DNA of 32,000 bases from Candidatus Saccharimonadota bacterium (lineage in GTDB: Bacteria; Patescibacteriota; Saccharimonadia; Saccharimonadales; Saccharimonadaceae). This document shows, in pieces, positions 22,626-31,291 of the stretch. The notes beneath the pieces are model-generated. The model had not been told where the DNA came from and did no database searches. It saw nothing but the letters and a program-made list of their open reading frames with translations. Made by a program: the position numbers and the translations under genes. Position 1 is the stretch's first letter. Each line of letters opens with the position of its first letter. The stretch covers positions 270,001 through 302,000 of the forward strand of contig CP011211.1 of assembly GCA_001029695.1 (NCBI GenBank), read 5' to 3'.

Positions 22626-22775
22626 CTATTTTGCGAGCTTTTTGCCGGTTTCTTTTGTCGTTGTACGAGCCTTCACTGGTGAAGTGCCGTTAACGCGACG
22701 TGCAAGCTTAAGAACAAGATGGCTACGGCGCAATCCTGTTTTTCGTGGGCTACTTTGTTTCTTTGGTTGTCCCAT
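22626..22775 (-). CDS. rpmF: 50S ribosomal protein L32 (short, cysteine-less form)
   Basis: Own reading gives MGQPKKQSSPRKTGLRRSHLVLKLARRVNGTSPVKARTTTKETGKKLAK*. The N-terminal PKKxxSxxKxxxRRSH pattern is L32-like, and a strong SD AAGGAGAA lies upstream. It is below the ORF-track size cutoff. Confidence 0.65.
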   Translation of the reverse strand: MGQPKKQSSPRKTGLRRSHLVLKLARRVNGTSPVKARTTTKETGKKLAK

Positions 22776-22820
22776 GGTAAAGTTCTCCTTTTACTAGGTG
22801 TTTATACTAAAACTGCAAGT

Positions 22821-22849
22821 ATTATAACTGATTTTTTCTGTTTTCTCAA
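22821..22849 (-). promoter_or_regulatory. promoter of the rpmF-nusB-NUDIX-rnc operon
   Basis: Minus sense: TTGAGA - 17 nt - TATAAT. Confidence 0.6.
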
Positions 22850-22856
22850 TAGGGTA

Positions 22857-22885
22857 TTGACATTTTAAAGCATAAGTGGTATTAT
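22857..22885 (+). promoter_or_regulatory. divergent promoter of the 22893 gene
   Basis: TTGACA - 17 nt - TATTAT with an extended -10 TGG. The ATG at 22893 is 7 nt downstream (leaderless). Confidence 0.65.
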
Positions 22886-22892
22886 GTTAAAT

Positions 22893-23462
22893 ATGAAACA
22901 CATTGATTCATCACCACGCACAACTACCGAAATCGAAGACACTCGATATAATAGCTCGACAGCCAAAAAGCTTGTCGCAGTAGTCGCGCTTTCAGGCGCG
23001 CTCTTCGGCGGTGCATGCGCCAAGGAAGTAGTGAGTACCGAACCGACAGCACGGATACAGGCTACTATGGAGATGCCTCAAATTAACAATACGTCTTCTC
23101 AGGACCCTACTGTCTATGACCTTAGCCATGAGGAGATCGATTCACTGAACGCCGCCAGAGAGACGCTTCGCAACAGCCCTACTGACGTACCCTTCACTCA
23201 GTTCACCGTTAACGCTGGCGAAACATTGATACAGGCAGCAGGCGAGTCGGTCGCGAATGATCCAACTATTGGACTGAATTACCTATCCCCTCTTCAGAAA
23301 AACCAAATCACCGTCACCGCAAACTCCCTCTCTCAAGAGCTCGGCGGTGTGATTCCCGCTGGATACAATGCAGTCGCCTACATTGCTGATTTTGACGAAG
23401 ATGGGCGAAAAGATATTATCGTTGACCAAGCTCCAAAAGAACACCCCGCAACCATAAACTAG
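22893..23462 (+). CDS. hypothetical secreted protein / putative lipoprotein
   Basis: Signal-like AVVALSGALFGGAC with a Cys in a lipobox-like context. The start is placed at 22893 because the track ATG at 22884 lies inside the -10 box. Confidence 0.55.
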   Translation: MKHIDSSPRTTTEIEDTRYNSSTAKKLVAVVALSGALFGGACAKEVVSTEPTARIQATMEMPQINNTSSQDPTVYDLSHEEIDSLNAARETLRNSPTDVPFTQFTVNAGETLIQAAGESVANDPTIGLNYLSPLQKNQITVTANSLSQELGGVIPAGYNAVAYIADFDEDGRKDIIVDQAPKEHPATIN

Positions 23463-23463
23463 T

Positions 23464-25971
23464 CTATACGACGATGTTTACAAGCCGGCCAGGTATATAA
23501 ATTACCTTGGTCGGCGTTTTGCCTTCAAGGAATTTCGCAACATTCTCGGACGCAAGCGCCTGCGCCTCAACGACATCTTTTTGAGTATCTTTGGCAATAT
23601 CTAGCTTGGCACGAAGCTTTCCGTTCACTTGTACGATGATTGTCATCATATCAGATGTCAAAAATGCACTATCCCATTGTGGCCAGTTATCCTTATGAAT
23701 CGTTGTCGTATGCCCTAGGTCGCTCCACAGCTCTTCGGTAATATGCGGGGCAAATGGAGCGAGGACCTGCAGTAGACTCTCGAGCGCAAATGTCCACGCT
23801 TCCGACCGACCAATACCGTGCGTCTCTTTTAGCTTAAAGTACGCGTTGACCGCTTCCATCATCGAGGAGACGGCAGTATTGAACTTGTCATCTTCAATGT
23901 CCTGCGTGATCTTTTTTGCGGTCTTATGGGCAATGGCAAGAATCTCTCGGCTTGCATCGTCTGAAAGAGCCACCTCACCCGCCTCAAGATACTCCTGAAC
24001 GAGCGTCCATGCACGATTAAGGAAGCGATACGCACCAGGCACTCCACGCGTGTCCCATGGAGCGTCAAGATCGTAGGGAGCGATAAACATTTCGTAGATG
24101 CGAAGACTATCAGCGCCATAGCCACTATTCATGATTTCAAGCGGATCGATTGTATTGCCCTTTGACTTGCTCATCTTTGTACCGTCTGACGCGAGAATAT
24201 AGCCGTTATACATCATTCGCTTGAACGGCTCTGGTGTCGGCACAAGCCCCTGTTTGTAGAAGAATCGCATCCAGAATCGAGAGTATAGTAAATGCGCAAC
24301 AGCATGATCGCCGCCATTGTAAAAATCAACTGGCTCCCAGTGCTTCGCAAGTTCTGGATCCCAGGCCTGCTTGTCATTGAATGGGTCGATATAGCGAAGG
24401 AAATACCAGCTACTACATGCATAGCCGTCAAGCGTATCAGTCTCTCGGTGACCCTCTTTCCACTGATCACCCTCAGGCTTACCGGCGGAGAATGGTACCG
24501 TTTCAGTCGTCTCGAGATTGAACCACACATGCACCCAATCTTCGACTGTCGCAAGCACGGACGTTGCACCGGTGCCGCTGTTCTTCTGAGGCGTATAGTC
24601 ATCAACATCTGGAAGAACTACCGGAAGCTGACTATCTGCAATCGGCAAAGCACCGTGACCCTCAACATGAACAACAGGTATCGGAGCACCCCAATAGCGC
24701 TGTCGACTGATCAACCAGTCACGCATCTTGAACGTCACCTTTGATCGTCCAGCTCCTTCTTGCTCTAACCACGCAACCACCTCTTCACGCGCCTGCTCGC
24801 TTCGCATGCCATCGAAATGACCGCTATTTACGAGCACTCCCTCGCCATGATACAAGCCAGCCTCGCCATCATCTTCTGGCTTTTCCACCACTGTCACGAT
24901 AGATAGACCAAACTTTTCAGCAAAGGCGAAGTCTCGCTCATCATGCGCCGGAACCGCCATAAGTGCACCCGTACCATAACTTGCAAGTACATAATCGGCA
25001 ACCCAAATCGGTACACGCTGCCCGGTTGCAGGATTGATTGCATAGCTGCCCGTAAATACACCAGTTTTATCGCGCGTTTCATTCATGCGCTCAATCTCGG
25101 ACTTTCGTGCTGATTCTGCCACATACGCATTCACCGCTTCTCGTGTCTCTGCAACTGTCAATGCCTCTACGAGCTCGTGCTCAGGTGCTATAGCAAGGAA
25201 CGTCGCCCCGAACACAGTGTCTGGTCGTGTCGTAAACACCATGATAGTTTTATCGCTGTCCTCAACAGAAAACTCGATCTCGGCACCCTGTGATTTACCA
25301 ATCCAGTTCTTCTGCATCGTCTTGACCATTTCCGTCCAGTCAAGATCATCAGTGGCTTCCAGCATCTCGTCTGCGTATGCCGTAATACGGAAAAACCATT
25401 GCTTGAGATTCTTTTTTACAACTGGATTACCGCAGCGCCAACATTTACCACCTTCAACCTGCTCGTTTGCAAGCACAGTCTGGTCTGTTTCACACCACCA
25501 TTGCGGGCTTTCTTTTTGATATGCAAGATCATTTTTGTAAAGCTGATTAAAAATCCACTGTGTCCACTTATAGTACGAAGGATCAGCCGTACTAATCTCT
25601 TTTGTCCAGTCGTAGCTGTAGCCAAGCCGCTTGAGCTGAGTGATGAAGTTAGCCTTGGCCTCGTCGTGAGCTTCACGTGGCTTTTTGCCGATTTTGATCG
25701 CATAGTTCTCAACTGGCAACCCAAATGAATCCCAGCCAATTGGATGATAGGCATTGTATCCCTGTTGCCTTTTAGCGCGTACTTTTATGTCGCTGAATTG
25801 AAAGGTTCGGCCATGGCCGGCATGGATTCCCGCTCCAGTGATGCCAGGCAGCATACTAAATCCAAGATACTTCGGCTTTGAGTGATCAGCAAGGTCAACG
25901 ACATACGTTCCTTCTTGCTCCCAAGTTTGTTGCCATTTTTGTTCAATATCAGTAGGATTATAGCGCTTCAT
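23464..25971 (-). CDS. leuS: leucine--tRNA ligase
   Basis: 835 aa. A HIGH-type motif (HAGHGRTF), KMSKS (TKMSKSKGN), the CP1 editing region and the C-terminal PGRLVNIVV are present. Confidence 0.96.
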   Translation of the reverse strand: MKRYNPTDIEQKWQQTWEQEGTYVVDLADHSKPKYLGFSMLPGITGAGIHAGHGRTFQFSDIKVRAKRQQGYNAYHPIGWDSFGLPVENYAIKIGKKPREAHDEAKANFITQLKRLGYSYDWTKEISTADPSYYKWTQWIFNQLYKNDLAYQKESPQWWCETDQTVLANEQVEGGKCWRCGNPVVKKNLKQWFFRITAYADEMLEATDDLDWTEMVKTMQKNWIGKSQGAEIEFSVEDSDKTIMVFTTRPDTVFGATFLAIAPEHELVEALTVAETREAVNAYVAESARKSEIERMNETRDKTGVFTGSYAINPATGQRVPIWVADYVLASYGTGALMAVPAHDERDFAFAEKFGLSIVTVVEKPEDDGEAGLYHGEGVLVNSGHFDGMRSEQAREEVVAWLEQEGAGRSKVTFKMRDWLISRQRYWGAPIPVVHVEGHGALPIADSQLPVVLPDVDDYTPQKNSGTGATSVLATVEDWVHVWFNLETTETVPFSAGKPEGDQWKEGHRETDTLDGYACSSWYFLRYIDPFNDKQAWDPELAKHWEPVDFYNGGDHAVAHLLYSRFWMRFFYKQGLVPTPEPFKRMMYNGYILASDGTKMSKSKGNTIDPLEIMNSGYGADSLRIYEMFIAPYDLDAPWDTRGVPGAYRFLNRAWTLVQEYLEAGEVALSDDASREILAIAHKTAKKITQDIEDDKFNTAVSSMMEAVNAYFKLKETHGIGRSEAWTFALESLLQVLAPFAPHITEELWSDLGHTTTIHKDNWPQWDSAFLTSDMMTIIVQVNGKLRAKLDIAKDTQKDVVEAQALASENVAKFLEGKTPTKVIYIPGRLVNIVV

Positions 25972-26016
25972 ATCTTTCCATTATAACAGATACGACGTTG
26001 AGTCACTGCGCCTCTT

Positions 26017-26943
26017 TTATCGACTACGTATAATCTGCACAGCCGCTTTCTTTTGAATCGATTCGAAGCTTTCGCTTGTAGATGGAGGGTTTATCGGTGC
26101 AGACTCGGTAAAACTGAAATCGACGATATAGACCTGTTTTTGCGTTTCGCTGTCGATAATAGCCAGTGTACGAAGTGTTCGCGCAGTATCAATCGTCAAC
26201 TCTAGCGTCATATGCTTAGATGCTGGTTCAATCAAAGGAAGCGTACCGTCGTGGCAGCTGATCACACTCCTGAAAAAGGAGGTCTTGCCAAGAGCTGTAC
26301 GAAACTCCTTTATCTTTGTGTCCTCAATAGAGATGAGGTATGTCATGTCAGCTTTTTTACTTATAATCAGAAATGGATGCGCGGTGTATATGTTTTTTAA
26401 CTCCTGCACCGCTGCTTGATCGTTGCGGAGTATCTCTTGAAGACCCTGGCTACATCTCATCGTTCCAACGCTCGCGTTTGTCGCGAGCTGAGAAACTGGG
26501 AATTCGATCCATTTGCCATTGTAGCCAGCGAGAAGTGAGCTCATAATCACGCGATATGATGGCGGGAGATTCTCGCCAATCTGATCCATCGCGACACTGT
26601 CGAGCATATCGGATTTTGCGTAGAGCGACTCACCTATCAGCCGCACTTCACCCTTCGCAGGGTTCGTAGCTGATGAGACAGGAAGTGCTCCATCGAGTCG
26701 CACATTTCCATCTTTTATCTCACCCTTAAACGTCGCGTGAGACGGCGTAGTGGCAGTAAACTGTACCGCCTCGGCATGTACTGCCTTTGAAAGAGCATCA
26801 AATACCACTTTTTCTGGAGTCTGTAGCGAGAAATAATAGCCATAGACCGCAGCAGCACTGACGCTCATAATAAATATAACCGTACCAAGGATCATGAAAG
26901 TACGTTTTTTGTTTGAAGCGGACTTATTGGAGGTACTTTGCAA
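26017..26943 (-). CDS. hypothetical N-terminally membrane-anchored protein (308 aa)
   Basis: TTG start with SD AAGGAAG, overlapping the murF stop by 20 nt. One TM helix (FMILGTVIFIMSVSAAAVYGYYF) is followed by an extracytoplasmic domain of unknown family. Confidence 0.55.
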   Translation of the reverse strand: MQSTSNKSASNKKRTFMILGTVIFIMSVSAAAVYGYYFSLQTPEKVVFDALSKAVHAEAVQFTATTPSHATFKGEIKDGNVRLDGALPVSSATNPAKGEVRLIGESLYAKSDMLDSVAMDQIGENLPPSYRVIMSSLLAGYNGKWIEFPVSQLATNASVGTMRCSQGLQEILRNDQAAVQELKNIYTAHPFLIISKKADMTYLISIEDTKIKEFRTALGKTSFFRSVISCHDGTLPLIEPASKHMTLELTIDTARTLRTLAIIDSETQKQVYIVDFSFTESAPINPPSTSESFESIQKKAAVQIIRSR

Positions 26944-28237
26944 AAAAGTCTTCCTTGTGCGCTAGCCATGCCGGTGATTGACGAACGAGTTGATTGTTCT
27001 GCTCAGGGTGACGCAAGATAACTTTGACTGTTTCCTCTGTAAATACACCACCTTGAGAACCTTTCACTAGGATAAGCATGCCCTCCTCGTTGAGCGTACT
27101 CCGTACAAAAGCACCCGCCTCAACGGCATTTCGAAAACTCTTCACTTGGCAGCCGTTGGACTTTGCAGCAGGCGCTAGAAACTTCTCAGCCTCTTCACCT
27201 ACAGTTACCACCCACTCAACAGTATGCGGCGAGAACATACGGCCAATCTTTTCATGCTCGAACTGCGAACCCTCACCTAGTTCATTCATACTTCCCATGA
27301 CCGCCACACGCTTGGTCGCAGGCAAACTAAGAAATGTCTCAACAGCAGATGCAGCCGCAACAGGGCTCGAGTTGTAAGTGTCATCGATAATCATACTCCC
27401 TCGCGCGCCCTCAAGCAGATTCATTCGACCAGGAATTGCCTTTACCTGCGAAAGGCCATTCGCAATTTCCTGAGGAGAGAAGCCGAACTTTACGGCAACC
27501 GCAGCTGCAGCCACCGCAGGACGAAGATTATGAACACCAAGCACCTTTACGACAGCCGGCACCTGCTGGCCAGCAAATTCACGTGCTGTAAATGCACCCG
27601 TATGCCCCACCTCAGGACTAAACTGCTGAGAGCTAAACGAATAGTGTGCCGCTGGATTAGTACCGTACGTCGAAACGTTTTGATTTGTAAGAAGTTGTCC
27701 ATACTGTAGCTCTATGTCGTCAAGGTTAATAAGTGCTTGCTGGCTAAAGTTTGCTGCAGCCATTTCTTCGCGTGCCACTGCATCCATAGTCTTAAAAAAC
27801 TCCATGTGTTCAGGCGTAATCGCAGTGACCACCGCCATGTCTGGCTTGAGGTATGTACCAAAGTGAGCAATATCGCCAGGATGATCAGCACCTAGTTCTT
27901 GAATGATAAAATCAACATCTCGCGGCGCTAAGATGCGCTCCTCTGCTTGGCGAAAAACAGCACGCCAAGCGCTAAAGCTTTTAATGTTATCTGGATATGG
28001 TATACCGAGGATAGCAAGCGGCGCACTCATGTGTGTATTATGATTACCCTCATGCATGCGAACACGATATTTCTGACCAAGCATTGTCGCTATCGATGTC
28101 TTCGTACTTGTCTTGCCAACACTACCGACGACAACAATAAGTTTTATATCAGGATGGGCAGCAAAGTAACCACTGACGTAGTTTTCCATTTTTTTCTGTA
28201 CGCGTTGTTTGAATTTTGAGAATAAGCCGTTAAACAT
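26924..28237 (-). CDS. murF: Mur ligase family protein, MurF-like (UDP-MurNAc-tripeptide--D-Ala-D-Ala ligase)
   Basis: ATP-binding P-loop VVGSVGKTSTKTSIA, central and C-terminal Mur ligase domain blocks (DDTYNSSP, MGSMNELG). Confidence 0.75.
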   Translation of the reverse strand: MFNGLFSKFKQRVQKKMENYVSGYFAAHPDIKLIVVVGSVGKTSTKTSIATMLGQKYRVRMHEGNHNTHMSAPLAILGIPYPDNIKSFSAWRAVFRQAEERILAPRDVDFIIQELGADHPGDIAHFGTYLKPDMAVVTAITPEHMEFFKTMDAVAREEMAAANFSQQALINLDDIELQYGQLLTNQNVSTYGTNPAAHYSFSSQQFSPEVGHTGAFTAREFAGQQVPAVVKVLGVHNLRPAVAAAAVAVKFGFSPQEIANGLSQVKAIPGRMNLLEGARGSMIIDDTYNSSPVAAASAVETFLSLPATKRVAVMGSMNELGEGSQFEHEKIGRMFSPHTVEWVVTVGEEAEKFLAPAAKSNGCQVKSFRNAVEAGAFVRSTLNEEGMLILVKGSQGGVFTEETVKVILRHPEQNNQLVRQSPAWLAHKEDFFAKYLQ

Positions 28238-28331
28238 GATCTATATACAATAGTACACCAGAGCGCTCTGTCGTACGAGTGATTTTTTACCTTTCGAATA
28301 AGCTAGTCTGTAGTATAATCAATGCATAATT

Positions 28332-29027
28332 ATGCCGTTACAACTCACCGACTACATAAAACAAAATATAGCAGCAGGCTACTCTGAGGAAACCATCCGC
28401 GCATCCCTCCTCGGACAAAACATAGAGCAGTCTCTTATCGATGAAGCATACGCCAAGCTGCGCGGCCATTCAGCCTCAACAACCCCCGCCCCTATACAAC
28501 CTGCTTTCGTACCTGCAAATACTCAAGCGAATACGCCACTTCAACCGAACATAAACGCGCAGCCCGCACATGATGGTCCATTTGACCGCCGCATTGACCG
28601 TATAGGGTTTTTTCTTGGGTTTGTATATTGGTTTGGCTCATTCACCGTACTAATAATCCTATTCATGATCGGTATGGCATCGGGCGTCGCCCAGACGGTA
28701 CCCGCCCTATATACCCTTATTAATATTTTCATTTTTGTCATTGGCGCAGCGGTTATCATAGCTATGCTCCCTGTCATGGTATCGCTTTATGTGCGACGAT
28801 TACATGATCTTGGTCAGCCATGGATATTTATATTATTTCATCTAATACCCGTCGTTGGACCTCTCGGACTCTACTGCTACTTACAGTTCGCCCCAGGAAC
28901 GACAGGAGAGAATCGATACGGAAAACCAACTAAGAGCTATGATTTCTTCGTTGTTCTCGGGTTCAAACGACCAAATCAGCACACTACCCCAATCGACGGT
29001 GCCGCTTATCGATCGCCGACACTGTAA
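28332..29027 (+). CDS. DUF805-family inner-membrane protein with an N-terminal soluble extension
   Basis: YVRRLHDLGQPWIFILFHLIPVVGPL ... GTTGENRYG is the DUF805 hallmark (RRLHD..G...W ... G.NR[FY]G). Confidence 0.75.
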   Translation: MPLQLTDYIKQNIAAGYSEETIRASLLGQNIEQSLIDEAYAKLRGHSASTTPAPIQPAFVPANTQANTPLQPNINAQPAHDGPFDRRIDRIGFFLGFVYWFGSFTVLIILFMIGMASGVAQTVPALYTLINIFIFVIGAAVIIAMLPVMVSLYVRRLHDLGQPWIFILFHLIPVVGPLGLYCYLQFAPGTTGENRYGKPTKSYDFFVVLGFKRPNQHTTPIDGAAYRSPTL

Positions 29028-29181
29028 TAAACATAAACATCTCCCTCAGTCCTAGCGCGTGATTTATTTAATTACCTTCAAGCATAAGCTTGACGCCACC
29101 TTGTCGGTAAACCATACTACATATATAGATTTCACAAAAATAAAACTTTAGGATAATTCCTTAAGGAGTAAGGCTTCAGAT

Positions 29182-31251
29182 ATGGCACGATTACCACAAC
29201 CTGGCGGAGATAGCGGTAATTGGGGGGATATCCTCAACGATTACTTATCTCAAGCGCACTCTCCCTCTGGTCAGCTAAAAGCAGGCTCAGTCAGTGCAAC
29301 CAACGTTATCGACGGAAGCCTTCCTCAGGCAAAACTCGATACCAATACCCAGAATCTACTTGCTCGTGCTGCAACCGCCACCCAACCCGCCGACCTTGCC
29401 TCGAAACTTGATCAACCTGCTGTTGATATAAGAGTACGAGCCGTCGGAGATAGTGTCTATTCATCAAAGATAGTTATTGATGCAGAAGATTATAAACAAG
29501 CAAATGATCAGTACGATCACCAGCGAGTGCAGCGCGCAGTAAATGCTGCGTCGGCACTTGGTGGTGGCGAAGTGCTTTTGAAATTACCAAACTACACCTT
29601 TCGTAGAGGTATAAATATGAGTGGCTGCAATAACGTTACCATACGAGGAGCTGGTCGAACGAGTACGCAGATCTACGTACCTGGCAATGAGGCTAATGCT
29701 CAAGTAGATTCTGTTTTTTGGACAAATGGCGCATGCTCCAATCTTACTTTCGCAGGATTTACCATAAAAGGCACGGTCGTCGACGACGCCACGGGGCCTC
29801 GACGATCACGCACATTCGCACCAACTCCGGGATATTCCCAGGCATTCACCTTTAGGGGAGACATGATCCCCGACAGTAATGGCGCAACTCCTAATACAGC
29901 CTACCCACGAGTTGAGAATATCTTTATCAAAGACGTAAAAATAGACGGGTCCCGTACGCTGCCATGGTTATTCTCGGGAGTCGCCGGCACAGCACAAGGA
30001 ACTAACTGTGAATTTAGAAACACCATGGATCCGGGATGGATCTTTTGCGATCGAGTCGTAGCGACAGACCTCACATCGGTTTTATCAGCAGACAATGGCT
30101 TCTCTTTTAGTCGCGGAAACAAGTCTGTCATCGCTGCAAATCTCTACGCTATAAACCCAGCATATTATGGACTATGGGTTGCGGGATTTCTTACTTCGGA
30201 TGGTCCCACTAGCCGAGGACCCGAAAATTTCATCATCTCAAATGTGAATATCATTAATGCAGGGATGGGTGGAGTTTTACTCGATAATGCACCTCGTAAC
30301 GGCAAGATAACAGGACTTTTTATCAATGGAGTTAGTCGTGGTCCATCTGACGAGCCGGATGTAAACGGTGGAGTTGGTATTCGATTTGGCGGATACCCGA
30401 GCGATAACCGCGTGTCGCCAAGTGAATACGCAAGTCGTATTGAGATTAGCGACTTCGTCCTAATAAACTGCGCAAAAGGCGGCGTGCAGCCCACCGGCAC
30501 CCAGGATTGTGTCGTACGCAATGGCTTGATCGTCAACCCAGGATCAGAGTTTGACCATACGGGCACGACCACGATAGCCGACACCGATACAACTCAAAAC
30601 TTCGGAATCGCAACAGCTGGAATAGCCGCAAGTACTGTCGTACGCTTTACGGCATCTGATATTCGTGTTGTCGATGATCGCTCAACGCCACGCGCCAATT
30701 ACCCCGTCTATCTCGAAGGCACTACTGGAGTTGAATATACCGGTATCACCTCTCACGGCACTCGAAGAACCGCAGCAACTGACAGCGTTGCCGTAGAGCG
30801 TCGCCTGCTCGGGTCGACAGTCATACAATCCATGCTGATCGTTCCGAGCGGTATTCGTTCAGGTGCCAATGCAGCAACAGGAACAATTCGCGGGTCGGAC
30901 GTCAATGGCGCTGCAGGCTCACGTCGCCAAATTGGCCAAGCACTTACTGCAGGGACTGCCAGGTGGGACGTCGCAGCATCTGGTGATGTAGAGTCAGGTG
31001 CTAACGCCGGCTCTAATCTTGTTGTCGCTGGCTACTCCGACGCAGGTGTAAAACTTGCAGACTACCTGGTTATCCGACGTACGGATGGACGAGCCGCATT
31101 TGGAGGCGCTGTTCAATTGAAATCTTACACCACAGCAACACGCCCAACCCCGGCATCGGTTGGTGCGGGCGGGCAAATATATGATTCAACTCTTGGCTAT
31201 GCCATCACGTCCGACGGCACAAATTGGAAGTTTGGACCAACGGTAGTGTAA
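29182..31251 (+). CDS. right-handed beta-helix (pectate-lyase-fold) protein resembling phage tailspike/tail-fibre depolymerases
   Basis: The N-terminus is LPQPGGDSGNWGDILNDYLSQAH. The middle region has repetitive Gly/Asn/Val-rich coils (NVTIRGAG, NLTFAGFTIKG, FIISNVNIINAGMGGVLLDN). The C-terminus TTATRPTPASVGAGGQIYDSTLGYAITSDGTNWKF resembles the RP...G..YFDTTLGKPIW..G..W tail-fibre terminus. SD AAGGAG lies upstream. Confidence 0.65.
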   Translation: MARLPQPGGDSGNWGDILNDYLSQAHSPSGQLKAGSVSATNVIDGSLPQAKLDTNTQNLLARAATATQPADLASKLDQPAVDIRVRAVGDSVYSSKIVIDAEDYKQANDQYDHQRVQRAVNAASALGGGEVLLKLPNYTFRRGINMSGCNNVTIRGAGRTSTQIYVPGNEANAQVDSVFWTNGACSNLTFAGFTIKGTVVDDATGPRRSRTFAPTPGYSQAFTFRGDMIPDSNGATPNTAYPRVENIFIKDVKIDGSRTLPWLFSGVAGTAQGTNCEFRNTMDPGWIFCDRVVATDLTSVLSADNGFSFSRGNKSVIAANLYAINPAYYGLWVAGFLTSDGPTSRGPENFIISNVNIINAGMGGVLLDNAPRNGKITGLFINGVSRGPSDEPDVNGGVGIRFGGYPSDNRVSPSEYASRIEISDFVLINCAKGGVQPTGTQDCVVRNGLIVNPGSEFDHTGTTTIADTDTTQNFGIATAGIAASTVVRFTASDIRVVDDRSTPRANYPVYLEGTTGVEYTGITSHGTRRTAATDSVAVERRLLGSTVIQSMLIVPSGIRSGANAATGTIRGSDVNGAAGSRRQIGQALTAGTARWDVAASGDVESGANAGSNLVVAGYSDAGVKLADYLVIRRTDGRAAFGGAVQLKSYTTATRPTPASVGAGGQIYDSTLGYAITSDGTNWKFGPTVV

Positions 31252-31291
31252 AAACCTTCCAGTAGCTCTAAAGGAGACACGTACCGATCTC

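Noticed and set aside
24213-25754. Several 60-150-aa ORFs on both strands inside leuS.
   Set aside because: All are internal or off-frame to the 835-aa LeuRS reading frame, which carries the HIGH and KMSKS motifs.
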